From Sminthopsis crassicaudata (lineage: Eukaryota), in contig NC_133619.1 of the NCBI RefSeq assembly GCF_048593235.1, forward strand, positions 473,273,644 to 473,337,643: 64,000 nt of DNA. Direction: 5' to 3'. The notes under the pieces are model-generated. The model was not told the origin of the DNA. It saw only the letters and a list, made by a program, of their open reading frames with translations, and ran no database searches. Each line of letters begins with the position of its first letter. The stretch's first letter is position 1. Position numbers and translations under genes: made by a program. Shown here in pieces: positions 39,214 through 52,769 of the stretch.

Positions 39214-41699
39214 CTAAAGAAGAAAGAATTTACCATTTTGAAAAAACATCCCTTACTACCAAAGTTAAAGAAAAAAAAATTTCAAATTGTTCATACATAC
39301 ATAAAAATTATACTTCATATAAATTCAAAATAGAATTCCACATAATTTCAAAAGGAAAAGCAATATAGAGAATTTCAAAATTAAAACATAAGAAATTCCA
39401 AATTGCAGGCATCTTTTCAGAAATACCATTTTTTCTAATACTTATTCAAAAGGAAGGAAAGAGTTTAAAAGGTTTTTGATTTTTATCTTTCACATAAAGT
39501 AACCTAATAATAATGTTTACTAATTATAACCATTTATGAATATATCTGAATGCTCAAACTTCCATTAGAATGATAAAATGATTTGGTGGTTGACTTGCTA
39601 AAGTCTATCAACATTATAGAGTCAATGATATCGTCAAAATAAAAACATCTAAAATTTTTTTAGTACAGTAAATTGGCAAATTTTGAGTGCGATCAAGAAT
39701 AGAATTATTATAATTGTCTATTATACATAAAATAGAATTAACTATTCTTAAAAGAAAAAGATTATCTATTACTATGAAAAACTCATTTAAAAGACACAGT
39801 AGAAGTTTACTATAATATTAAGGAAAAGAGCTACACAATTCAAAGAATCACAGAAAATTAGAGATGGAAAGAGCCTCATAAGCCCTCTATTCTAAGTGAT
39901 ACCTCAAAAGAACCCCAACCAAAACATGCTCAACAAATGATCATCCAGCCTCTGCCCAAACACTTCCAAAGAGAGTGAAACCACCATTTTCAGAGGCTAC
40001 CTTTTTTATTTTAAGACAGTTACAACTGTCAGGAAATTTTTTTCTGGCAAGAAAGTCCATACTAAATTCCAATACACTGCCCTAGGTTCTGCTCTCTGGG
40101 GTCAAGTATAATAAAGCTAATACCTGTTCACTTCAATAGCCCTTCAAATATTAGAGCTCAATGTCTTCTCCCCAAACCCTCAGGTTAAAACATTCCTATT
40201 CCTTTACCCAATCCTCTTATAACTCAGATTCAAGGCCCTAGTTTCCTCCTCCTCCAGATATTCTTGTCAGCAAGTCAATTTCTTTTCTTTTGGGAGACCC
40301 GGAAATTAACATAATACTCTAATATGGTAAAATCAAGGAAAAGTACTGAGAAATTATCACCTCCTTAATTCAGCACAAAACTTCAATCTATTTTTTCCCC
40401 ATCACATCATACTATTGATTCTTATTAAGCTTGTAGTCTACCTAACCACATAGATATTCTTTTTCACACAAACTCTCTTCTAATCATAGCTTTCACATCC
40501 TATAATTCTGAAGTGAACTTTTGGACCCAAATACATATAAGATTTTATAATTATTTCTATTTTTTCCCCATTTTTTGAGGGAAGTAGTATGTATCCTCCT
40601 TTGCCCTTCAGGCTGCAAATACAGAAGCCCTTCACAGACTCAATACAGTGCTGATGTGCAAAGAAAATTTGACTGTTTTCCAACTTAGGTCAGATTACCT
40701 CCTTAGGCAAGCCTGGCATGTCCCCAGATCTTAAGGACTCTTCATATTGGTGGCAGATAGTTCAAACATCTGATCAGTTTGGCTCACTATTGGCTCAGAA
40801 CCCCAGTCAAGTCTTCTCAGTAGCAGAGATTATTGTCATAGAGCCTCCACACTCAGTTTAATTTTATTTAATCTCATTACATTAAGTTAAATATTTCAGC
40901 CTGTCAAAATTTTTCTGAATGTGTTAACTTGATCTCTTGGCCTTCTATCATTCCCTAAAAGAACAGCCTTCTTTTTCAGATCTTCACCTAAAAAAGGCTT
41001 ACTGCAATCTTTAATAAAGGAGCAGATTACATCTTTCTTCAAAACCTTAAAGATGTACCATCTTACCCTGGGAGCTTTCCTTGATCCTGATGTCTTTGGA
41101 TCTCCCAAGGGTGAGTATTACTTAACATACTTTTACAAAAGCTTTTTATAAATAAATGCTTTTTAAATAGTTAAGATGAGCAGGGTTGAAATCCTCTAAG
41201 ACTTAATCTTTCTGTGAACTTGGGTCGATCATTTACTCCCTTCAGGCTTCAGGGAGTCAAATAAATTGGGAAGAAGGGAAAAGCTTAGTGAAAGCTGACT
41301 GCTTTCCAGCTGGAAAGCCAAGATTCTGCATGATCTTCCCAATAACTACTATTCTCTGCTTCCTTAAACTACCTTGTATAATAACATTTCCTTATGTTAA
41401 GGAATACCCAAGAAAAATAAAAGCTTAAGGGTATAGAAATTTTTGTGTGCCCAGGACCTAGCAGTGATTTATATACAGACAAAGTGGTTGCTATTCATAT
41501 CACTGCCTAAATTATAGAAAGTCATCAAGCATTTACTAAGTACCTACTACTATGTACCAGGCACTGTGAAAAGTATTGACAATATATTTTTAAAAAGACA
41601 ATTCACATTTTCAGAATTCACAATATGATAATACAAATGCAAACAAAATGCAAACTATATACAAACAAATACAGGAACAACTGAAGATTATCACAGATA

Positions 41700-43940
41700 G
41701 ATTAGAGGTTACAGCAATTTTTCAGCAGGATAATATATTATGACCAAGTGGGATTTATACCAAGAATGCTGGGCTGGTTCAGTATCAGAAAAACCACAAT
41801 CGATCAACAGAAATGACCCAAAAAAACTTTTGACAAAATATAGCACTGACTCTTATTACAAACACTAGAGAGCAAAGGAATAAAGGGAGCTTTCCTTAAA
41901 ATAAGTAGTATCCATCTAAAACCTACAGCAAGCATTATTTGTGATGAAGAGAAGCTAGATGAATTCCCAATAAGATGGGGGGTAAAAAACAAGGATGTCT
42001 ATTATCACCACTATTATTCAACATTGTATTAGAAATGTGGTTTTAGTAATAAGAAAAAGAAATTAAAGGAATTAGAATAGGAATTGAGGAAGTAAAACTA
42101 TCACTCTTTGCAGATTATCAGATTATCAGCGTTTCTATATATAACTGACAAAGCCCATCAGCAAGAGATACAAAAAAAAAATTCAATTTAAAATTACTGT
42201 AGACAAAGTAAAAAACTTAGGGATTTACCTGCCAAGACCAACCCAAGAACGATATGAACAAAATTACAAAACACAACTCCCATATAAATAAAATCAGATC
42301 TAACAACTGGAAAAATAACAATTGTCCATGGCTAGAGGTCAAGCTAATATTTAATAAAAATGACAATTCTGCATAAATTGGTCTACTCGCTCAATGCCAT
42401 ACCAAACAAACTAGAAAAATAACAACAAAGTTCATTTGAAAAACAAAAGATCAAGAATATCAAGGGAATTAATGGGGGGGGGGGGGGAGTACCAAACCTA
42501 AAACTACATTATAAAGCAGCAATCTTCAAAATCATTTGGTACTGGCTAAGAAATACAGCAATCAGAGGAATAGATTAGATACACATGACAATAATCAAGG
42601 CCTATAGCAATCTAGTATTTGATCAATGCCCAAACTCCAGCTCCTGAAATAAGAACTCACTATTTGACAAAAATTATTGAGAAAACTATCTCAGAAACTC
42701 GGCACAGATCTTCATCTCACACTCCATGCCAAAATAAGATCAAAATGGCTACATGATTTGAACATAAAGGATGATACATAAAGAAATTAGGAGAACAAGG
42801 GATAACATCTATCAGATCTATGGAGAAGGAAGGAATTTATGACCAAAGAAGAACTAGAGAACATTATGAAAGGCAAAATGGACAACTTTGATTTCATTGA
42901 ATTAAAAAGTTTTTATACAAACAAAACAAACAGAAACATGATTAAAAGAGAAGTACAAAGCTGGGAAAAATCTTTACAGTCAGTATTTCTGATAAAGGTC
43001 TTATTTCTAAAATATGTAAAGAATTGTGTCAAATTTATAAGAATACAAATTATTCCCCAACTAATAAATGATCATTCCCCAACAATTTTCAGATGAAGAA
43101 ATGAAAATCATTTATAATTATATGAAAAAAATGCTCTAAATCACTATTGATTAGAGAAATGCAAATTAAAACAACTTTGAGGTACCACATCACAACTCTA
43201 AGATTGGCTAAGATGATAGGAAAAGATAATGACAAAATGTTGGGGGGGGGGGGTGATGTAAAACTGGGACACTAATACATTCTTGGAGTTGAGAACTGAT
43301 CCAACCATTCGGGAGAGCAATCTGGAACTATCCCAAAAGGCTATAAAACTGAGCATATCCTTTTACCCAGCAATGGCTAGGTCTGCATCCCAAAGAAATC
43401 ATAAAGGAAGGGGAAAGGACTCACATGTGCAAAAATGTTTGTAGCAGATCTTTTTATGGTAGTAAAGAATTGGAAAAGGAAGGGATGCCCCTCAATTGTG
43501 AAATGGCTGAACAAGTTGTGGTACATGAAGGTAATGGAATATTATTGTTCTATTAAAAAATGATGAACAAGCTGATTTTAGAAAGGCCTGGAAATATTTA
43601 CACGAACTGATGCTGAACAAAACAAGCAGAACCAGGAATACATTGTACACAATAATATCAAGAATGTGTGATGATCAACGCTTGAAAACGCCTGCGATGA
43701 AACTCTTGGCTCTTCTCAGTGGTTCAGAGACCCAAAGCAATCCCAACAGACTTTGGACAGAAAATGCCATCTGCATATCCAGAAAAGGATCCAAGGAGGC
43801 TGAATGCAAATCAACAGATGCTATGTTCACTTCTTTTTTCTGCCTTTTTTTCCTCTGATTTTACTCCCCCAATACGATTCATAAAGTAATGTGGATTAAA
43901 AAATAAATGGACTTATTGCAAATCAAAAAGGAAAAAAAAA
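41700..43940 (+). mobile_element. Older degenerate LINE-1 (RT to 3'UTR, many frameshifts)
   Basis: LFAD-coding ctctttgcagat at ~42104 and ORF2 C-terminal remnants (ORFs 42839 and 43610). Boundaries approximate; no TSD found. Confidence 0.88.
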
Positions 43941-44849
43941 CCAAGAGAATTTCATATTTGATCCGGAACATGATGATTTCTATTTTAGACAAGCTGAATT
44001 TGAGACATTTATGAGACAGCCAAGTAAAAATGTATATCAGTTAAAGAGCTCAGAAGAATATATATGATATCTGAAAGTTGTCCTATACACTAAATTAAAA
44101 TTGAGTAAGGGATGATATCATTATCTTTATAAAATCTTTATATTGAATTTTTTACTGATTGGCATTAATCACATGCCATGTGTCTCTTATGGCAATCTCT
44201 CAAGTCTGAAATACATTCCTTATTCACCTGGGCCTTAGAGAATTTCTAACTTCAGACTCAGTTCAAGAACTACTTACTGCTACTCAAAGTTTTTCTTCTG
44301 CCAATGGACAACACCCTCCTTCCCTTTCAATCCTGTCTCTATCTAACTATCTACATGTTTGTCTATCTGTCTGTCTATTTAATTATATTATTATTATTTT
44401 TGCTGAGGGTCATACAGCTAGAAGTTTTAAGAGTCTGAGGCAAGACTTGAACTCCAGTAAATCTTGTATTTATTTTACAAATATGTATACATGTTATCTT
44501 CCCTAACAGAAGGATACCTCCTTAAAAGCAGGGACGACTATTAAATTTTTATATTTATATCCCCATCACCAGGCATACTTCTTAGCATAAATGATTAATG
44601 AATTATCAAAAATTTAGAATAGTTTTTTTTTTTTTGCATATAATATGCTACAGCAGCCAATTTTCAGTTGCATGGTCAATAGTATCAAGAGACTTTTGTG
44701 TTTAGTTACAAAACTAGGATTTTATGTAGCAATGAGAAGTCAATTACAAAGTCCCATCTCCAATAAAATGTCTATCCTCCAAATCATGTAGATTCTGACA
44801 GATGCAATCAAAGATAATTTTATTCAGTTTTCTGAGGATCATTACCAAT

Positions 44850-45260
44850 CATGGTAGATATGCTCCCTCCTTATGTTCAGCAATGTCATAAAGTGTCATA
44901 AAGACTGTCCTAAACATAATCCAAATGAGTGACCTCATTGCAGAGAGGAGAAAAAGGGATCCTGTTTGCTGATGATATTGTGCTTATTTTCATCAAGTCC
45001 TAGTATATGACAGAATCTTTTCAATAAATCCCACAGCCACATAAGAGATTGGACTAAAAATCCATATAGGAATCAAACAAGTAAATGGAAAATGAACAGT
45101 ATCCAATTCTAACAAAGTTGGATAGGCAACCACAACACAGAAACTTTAGATCTTATACAACATGAATACTTTTCAAAAATAAGTGAACACTAGCTCTGGC
45201 AAGTATTAAATAAAATTTTAATTGGCTATGTTTTAACAATAAATGCATGATCACTGACAT
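44850..45260 (+). mobile_element. RTE-clade LINE RT remnant
   Basis: ctgtttgctgatgatattgtgcttatt encodes LFADDIVLI at 44962-44988. Confidence 0.6.
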
Positions 45261-45779
45261 GGGAATAGTTAGACCACTCGTTAAAATAAAGATCAAAATT
45301 AGCACCAGGTAAGAATGATATTATAACATTTACATTTAGCTAATATTTTAAAGTTTGTAAACATACATCATCTTATTTGATTCTCACAAAAAAAAACTGT
45401 TAATTACTACGGTAATATTTACTATAGTCTTCATTTTACAGATATAAGAAACTGAGGCAAGAGAAGTTAAGTGATTTTATCAAGGATCATATAGTCATTA
45501 AGTGTCTCAGGTAGAATTTGAAGTTAAGATTTTCCTAATTTCAAGTTCAGTGTTATAATTCACTGGATGAAAACAAAGGACACAAATGAAGAGTATGTAA
45601 TTAAAATGTTAAACCTGACCTAATCAAATAAACCATTCACATAAAAAAAATGAAAAATGGATAAAAGAAAAGCCATAAAGAGAGAATATCATAATATTCT
45701 TCGGAAGTTTAGTATGAAGCAATTAACAAAGGAAACCAGAGAAACTAAACTACTTCAACCACTAAACAATTAATATCCT

Positions 45780-45926
45780 TGCCAAACTGCCTCTTACCTC
45801 TGGAATCAAATACAAAACTCTTTGAAACCCAAAGCTTTTCATAATTTAAACTCCTTCCTATTTTTCCAGTCTCCTTACATTTTATTCATTCCCATGTGAG
45901 CTGTCAATGACACTGTCTCTCTCTCT

Positions 45927-45957
<31 letters not shown>

Positions 45958-46191
45958 CATATAAGACAAACACTACATCTTCCAACTCTAAGCATTTTCT
46001 CTCACTGCTTCCAAGCTCTGGAACGCTTTTCTCTCCTGTTCTCTGACTTCTGGATACCCTAGCTTTCTTTAAAGTCCCAGCTAAAATCCTAGCTTCTACA
46101 GGAAGGTATGGACTCTTCCACACATGCTAGCACCTTCCTTCTGTTGATTATTTACAATTTATCTTGTCAGTGTATAATACTTTGCATGCTG
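45780..46191. mobile_element. L2 3' remnant, split by the L1 insertion and resuming after 48359
   Basis: L2-like text (cttcctctgttgattatttacaattt...gcatgctg|tctcc...tgtaagct). Confidence 0.55.
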
Positions 46192-48160
46192 AAGTGGCAG
46201 GATACAAAATAAATCCACATAAATCCTCAGCATTCTTATATATCACCAACAAAATGCAACAGCAAGAGATACAAAGAGAAATTCCATTACAAACAAATGT
46301 TGAGAGTATAAAGTATTTGGGAATCCATCTACCAAAGAATAGTCAGGAATTATATGAGAAAAATTACAAAACACTTGCCACAAAAATAAAGTCAGATTTA
46401 AATAATTGGAAAGACATTCAGTGCTCTTGGATAGGCCGAGCGAATATAATAAAGATGATAATACTCCCCAAACTAATCTATTTATTTAGTGCTATACCAA
46501 TCAGACTCCCAAGAAACTATTTTAATGACCTGGAAAAAATAACAACATTCATATGGAAGAATAAAAGGTCGAGAATTGCAAGGGAACTAATGAAAAAAAA
46601 GTCAGAGGAAGGTGGTCTAAGTGTACCTGATCTAAAGCTATATTATATAGCAGCAGTCACCAAAACCATTTGGTACTGGCTAAGAAATAGAACGGTAGAT
46701 CAGTGGAACAGATTAGATACAAAGGACAAAAAAGGGTACATCTATAGCAATTTAATCTTTGACAAACCCAAAGATACCAACATTAGGGACAAAAATTCAT
46801 TATTTGGAAGAAACTGTTGGGAAAACTGGAAATTAGTATGGCAGAAACTAGGCATGGACCCACACTTAACACCATATACCAAGATAAGATCAAAATGGGT
46901 CCATGATTTAGGCATAAAGAATGAGATCATAAATAGATTAGAGGAACAGAGAATAGTCTACCTCTCAGACCTGTGGAGGAGGAAGGAATTTATGACCAGA
47001 GGAGAATTAGAGATCATTATTGATCACAAAATAGAAGATTTGGATTACATCAAACTAAAAAGTTTCTGTACAAACAATACTAATGCAAACAAGATTAGAA
47101 GGGAAGTAACAAATTGGGAAAATATTTTTAAAAGGAAAGGTTCTGATAAAGGTCTCATTTCCAAAATATATAGAGAACTGACCCTGATTTATAGGAAACC
47201 AAACCACTCTCCAATTGATAAATGGTCAAGGGATATGAACAGACAATTCTCAGATGATGAAATTGAAACTATTTCCACTCATATGAAAGAGTGTTCCAAA
47301 ACACTATTGATCAGAGAAATGCAAATTAAAACAACTCTGAGATACCACTATACACCTGTCAGATTGGCTAAAATGACAGGAACAAATAATGATGAATGTT
47401 GGAGGGGATGTGGGGAAACTGGGACACTGATACATTGTTGGTGGAGTTGTGAAAGAATCCAGCCATTATGGAGACCAATTTGGAACTATGCCCAAAAAGT
47501 TGTCAAACTGTGCATACCCTTTGACCCAGCATTGCTGTTATTGGGATTATATCCCAAAGAAATACTAAAGAGTGGAAAGAGACCTGTATGTGCCAAAATG
47601 TTTGTGGCAGCTCTTTTTGTTGTAGCTAGAAACTGGAAGTTGAATGGATGTCCATCAATTGGAGAATGGTTGGGTAAATTGTGGTATATGAAGGTTATGG
47701 AATATTATTGCTCTGTAAGAAATGACCAGCAGGAGGAATACAGAGAGGCTTGGAGAGACTTAAATCAACTGTTGCTGAGTGAAATGAGCAGAACCAATAG
47801 ATCACTATACACTTCAACAACAATACTGTATGAGGATGTATTCTGATGGAAGTGGAAATCTTCAACATAAAGAAGATCCAACTCACTTCCAGTTGATCAA
47901 TGATGGACAGAAATAACTATACCCAGAGAAGGAACACTGGGAAGCGAATGTAAATTGTTAGCACTACTGTCTATCTACCCAGGGTACTTATACCTTCGGA
48001 AGCTAATAATTAATGTGCAACAAGAAAATGGTATTTACACACATATATTGTATCTAGGTTATATTGTAACACATATAAAATGTATGGGATTACCTGCCAT
48101 CGGGGGAGGGGATAATTTGGAAAAATGAATAATTAAAAAAAAAAAAAAAAAAAAAAGAAA
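46192..48160 (+). mobile_element. Young 5'-truncated LINE-1: open ORF2 C-terminal ~550 aa (end of RT plus Cys-rich domain), 3'UTR, poly(A)
   Basis: ORF 46164..47846 contains KVAGYKIN-like, CSWIGR, YYSAVTKTIWYW-like and CWRGCGETGTLIHCWWSC L1 ORF2 motifs with no stops. A-tail at 48134-48160. Confidence 0.96.
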
Positions 48161-48285
48161 CAGGAGTTCTTAATCTTTTGTGGGGTCATAGACCCCTATG
48201 GAAGTCTGGCAAATCCTATGGACTTCATCTAAGAACAATGTTTTGAAATATAGAGAATAAAATAGATTGTATTATGATGCATACT
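48161..48285 (+). mobile_element. hAT-Charlie-type MITE fragment (Charlie4z-like), apparently 3'-transduced by the upstream L1
   Basis: Starts caggagttcttaatctttt (hAT TIR-like) and resembles the opposite-strand copy at ~17810-17990. It sits between two poly(A) tracts and inside the L1 TSD. Confidence 0.7.
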
Positions 48286-48289
48286 AAAA

Positions 48290-48348
<59 letters not shown>

Positions 48349-50819
48349 TTTGCATGCTGTCTCCTGATACTGTAAGCTTTCTGAAAAAAGGTTCTAGATA
48401 AAAATCTTTCTTTGGATCTTCAGCACTTAGCATTTTGCCTATCAAAAAATAAATACCAAAAATAATCACAAATTGTCATAAAGAAACTTGACAGCCAGGA
48501 ACATTACTTTAGAAAATAAAATGACCTGCAAAAAATATTATAGAAGAATGTGTTATATCAACTAATAACACAGATGATAACCCGTGCCTCCCCCCCCCAA
48601 AAAAAAGTTTAAAATTCAGGAGTATGTACAGAGAAAAGTAAAAGGATATCACCAAATTTTTTAAAAATATGGAAAATGTGTTAAAATTTCTAGAACATAC
48701 TATTTTTCTATTACAGTAAAGCTGTTACAAAGAGATTCCAATATTTCAGTACCAAATTTCAGTATCAATACATGAGCAAGTAGAATTGGAACTGAACAAG
48801 AGAAGCATAGTTGAACTATACCTGTTATACACAAAAGAGATCTGTGTTCCAGGTGGAACAATTTTCAAAATACTGAGAGATCAATTTTAAAACTGTCCCA
48901 GAATAAAAATATACTAAACTGCTGGTCAAAATCACAAAAGACTTGAAAACAATGGAAATGTAATTAAAAGACAATAATATGTAAAAAAATGAGTAGGATC
49001 TCATAAATGATATTTTATTCATATGAATCCAAGAGAAAAACCTTACATTGAATGAACTTTTTATAAAGGATTTTTATGGTAGGACAAGGACAAGCAAAAT
49101 TTGGATGTGGATTGATTGCAATCAGCAGCATTAAAGGATGACTGCAGATTCGATAAAATAAGGAAATACTCTTCTAATAATGATATAGGCAAAAGTTCAA
49201 AAGAAATAATTTCAGATGACACAGTAATAAATTGCATAATGAATATAAGTAGACTACAGAATTTGTTAAACTGTTAATCTTTTATTATTTGTTTTTTCCA
49301 ATACATCCCTTCTAACCATTTTTAGAGTTTTAATCCTTCTTTAGAACAAAAAGGAAAATAACTCAATCCAATAAAAATCAATGCATATGTCAACCACTCT
49401 CAACAATGTGAGCCTGTTCCACATTTGACTGTAATATATTACTAACCTCGAATTGAACATGGGATTTGGAATAAAAGGATAGGCTGATCTTCCTTACTAA
49501 TCAGATTTCTTTTTATCCTTCCATAGAACTGCACTATGATCCTTGTGCTCTAATAAATAATGAAGCAATGTCAATGAATTTAATTATAGCAACTAATAGA
49601 AGTCTGGAAAAAACTTAAGAAATGAGCTTCCCTGGAGTAATTATAATTATCATTAGTGGAACTTTTCAACCAATATTGTATTCATTGCTTATCTTTAACC
49701 TGTTTTTCACCCTGGAAACATCAAATATCTTCAACATTTGAGGGTGAAGAACATTAACTTCAACTAACAGGAACAGGAGAGCAGATTACCATTGCTACTT
49801 ATAGTTCAGTCTACCAGGAATACTTACAAAACTATGAAGATTTTTTTTGGGGAGAGAGGATGGAAGAGACTTGTTTTTGAAGAGGGAGGGAAGAAAGGAT
49901 ACTAGAAAGGGAGAAACTGAAGAAACGAAAGGAATGAATTAAGGAAAAAGTTTGCTCCTTTATTATATGGCTGTATCATGCTAACTAAGGCCACTACAAA
50001 CAATAACCCTTACTATGTTCTCTCTGCTGCTGGTAAATTTCAGAACTCATTTCTTGATGATTCCTCCTCTCTATTTTCCCCTCAGATGCTTTGAAATCAG
50101 TCTGGGGCCTCCATTGTTTAAAAAAAAAAAAAAAAAAATTCTGTCACATAATTAATTAAACAAAGCCATCAATAATGACAGTTCCTAAAATTTCCTCTCT
50201 ATTTAGCTTAATATATCTGTCTCTTGTCTAATGCTTTCCTATTTCCCTCCAGTTTTAGGGGAAAAAAATCCCCTCCTTTCCCAGACTAATGCTCTCTTAA
50301 TTCTTGATCCCATTAAGAATAACGAAGACCATTTCAGTAGGCATATAGAGAAAGAAAAACATGAGCAATATCATAATGACAGTTTAACATTTACAAAAAA
50401 GACATTAACTGAAATGTTACTTTTGCTCAGCTTTCCCATGAATCACACTTTCAATTCAATAAAAATGTATTATTCACCAGCTATATATAAGGTACTATTG
50501 TCAATGAATTTATAGTGAAATGAACAGAACAAAAATAATTAAAAGAGAACTGAAATCCAAAGCAGATAAAGATATAAAAGAACACCAAAAGATATCTAGT
50601 CAGGGTACTAAAGAAACTTTCAAGGAACAAGAGTAAGGAGAATAACTTATAAGAACACTGAAAAACATCATCTCCTTTTTTTCAGAAAGGGGAGAAAAAT
50701 GGATACTTGAAATTATCAAATAGTAGAATACATGACAATAATTTTGTAAGACATTCTATTAAAAGGCCTTGAAAGGGATTAAGTTGAATACCGAAATTCC
50801 CCGCAGCCTCAAGAATAAG

Positions 50820-51960
50820 TCATGAAATGCATATTCTTTTACCTAATAATACCACTATTAGACATGAATCCTAAAGAGATTTTAAAAAAGGAAAAGGACC
50901 TATATATCTACAAAAATATAATAGTTCTCTTCTCAGGGCAAAAAATTGGAAACTGAGGGAGCACCCATCAATTGGGGAATGGCTGAATGAAATGTGATAT
51001 GTGATTATGATGCACAATTATTGTTCTATGGGAAATGATGAGCAGAATGCTCTCAGAAAAATCTGGAAAATCTTCCATGTAATGTACAGTTATTTTTGAA
51101 GAGGGGACCCGAAACTCTGAAAATCCTTAAAGGAGAAAATCTCCTTCAACTCTGCCTCAGTGATGGATCCTGCTCCAAGGACAGTTTCATTTTTATTATC
51201 TGGGTGGATTGACTCAGTCCTGAAACCCATTAAATTTAATTCAAATTCTAGCCCTAGCTGAAATCCAACGAGGAGCTAACTTGGGATTCTACTCAGGGAC
51301 TCCATTTTAGCTAAATCTCTCATTATAAAAAGAACCAAACTAAAAATCCTCTCTTTGCAGAGATTCCAAACATGCCAGCCATACCATGCATAGCAACCCA
51401 AGGAGCCTCTGCCTCTCTTTACCTATTTCCTTAGTCAGACTTTTAACTTTACTTCCAATCCCCATAATAAATCTCAATCTAAGTTTTGGGGTCTGTAAAT
51501 TCCTTTATAGAGAACTTCTGTGCCACCAGAAGGTGAAGTCCCCCAAACTTCCTACCCTTGGGCTAAATCCTAAGGGACTGCAGGGGAGCTCCATTTGACT
51601 CCCTGAACCCCAAACCTGCCACTAAACCTCATTTAACTCCTTGATCACCAGAAACCTTAATTTCATTTGGGTTCCCCAAATCTAAATCTCATCATTCTGA
51701 AGTAACAGCAGTGTTCTGGGATAATCAGCTGTGAATGCCTTTGCTATTGTCAGCAATATAATGATCTGTGACTACTCTTGAAGGACTTATCAGTACAGAC
51801 TGAAACAAACTCACTTTTTTTTGGTTTGGTTTTGTTTTTTTAAAGACTTTTATGGAAATGGTTTGCATAACTTCACATGTGCTTTTTTAAAAGGGGCTGA
51901 GGATGGGAATAAGGAAGAGAATCTGGAAGTCAAAGTTTTTTTTTTAAAAAAAGTGTAAAA
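50820..51960 (+). mobile_element. Old L1 3' end interrupted by a solo LTR (51097-51694)
   Basis: ORF2-end remnants (aattggaaactgagggagcacccatcaattgggg) before the LTR; the 3'UTR resumes after it. Confidence 0.7.
51097..51694 (+). mobile_element. Solo ERV LTR, ~598 bp, nested in an L1
   Basis: TGAAGAG...CTCATCA termini; TATAAAA at 51324-51330; AATAAA at 51466-51471. Confidence 0.72.
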
Positions 51961-52385
51961 AATTGTTTTAAATGTAGCTGCAGAAAAATAATGTTATCTG
52001 ACATATTTGCAACTATTTGTTAAGGAGATACATCAAAGACTGGGGTAGGGAGACAGAAGTCTTCCATGAAATTTCTGCTGCTAATGTTATGCAAGCGGGA
52101 AGGGTACAAAAGGGATTTGGAATTATTGGGTCAATTTAAGTTTTCAAACCAAATTTTCCTGAGAGGTTGGGTAATGGCTTTACAACATCTTGCCCATATC
52201 TTCTCTACAATGCCAAGAATAAAGTTTTACATTAATGGCTTCAAAGTCAAATAGAAAGAGGACCCTGAAGGTGATGCAGGCATAGCCCCCTTTAAGATTC
52301 TTTGTTTAATCTCCAACTTCCTTTGGGCTAGTTTCATTTTTCAGCCCCCATTCTAAAGATCTGAAATTCCTTTCTGGGGAGAGAC

Positions 52386-52769
52386 TGAAGGAGATAACAG
52401 AGAATTCCTGTCTTATTTACAACAACAGAGAATTCTTGTATTATTGACACATATCTCCAGAACCTCTTGATAACATCTCTGAGCAAAGTTGTTTTGATGA
52501 CTCTAGTTATGTATATAAGGAAGGTTGAAAAATGGAATCTTTGCATTTGGTGTATACCAGCCAATGCAGGCAACTGACATCCCCTTGCAGGCAGTTTGGT
52601 CTTCCTGAAGGCCAAATGCCTGTCTATCCCTTTACTATCAATAAAGACTTTGTTTCCATACAGCATTGAGTAGCAAATTCATTTGCTACCTACCCCACCT
52701 TTGTTTACTTTGGGAAGGAGAAAAGGAACTGACCCATCTCGATTTAGAACCTCAGTTTATTCCTCACCA
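52386..52769 (+). mobile_element. Solo LTR of the same family as 31214-31721
   Basis: Shares long blocks with it (ggcagtttgg...ggccaa.tgcct...atcaataaagactttgttt...cagcattgagtagc.aattcatt). 5' boundary less certain. Confidence 0.75.
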
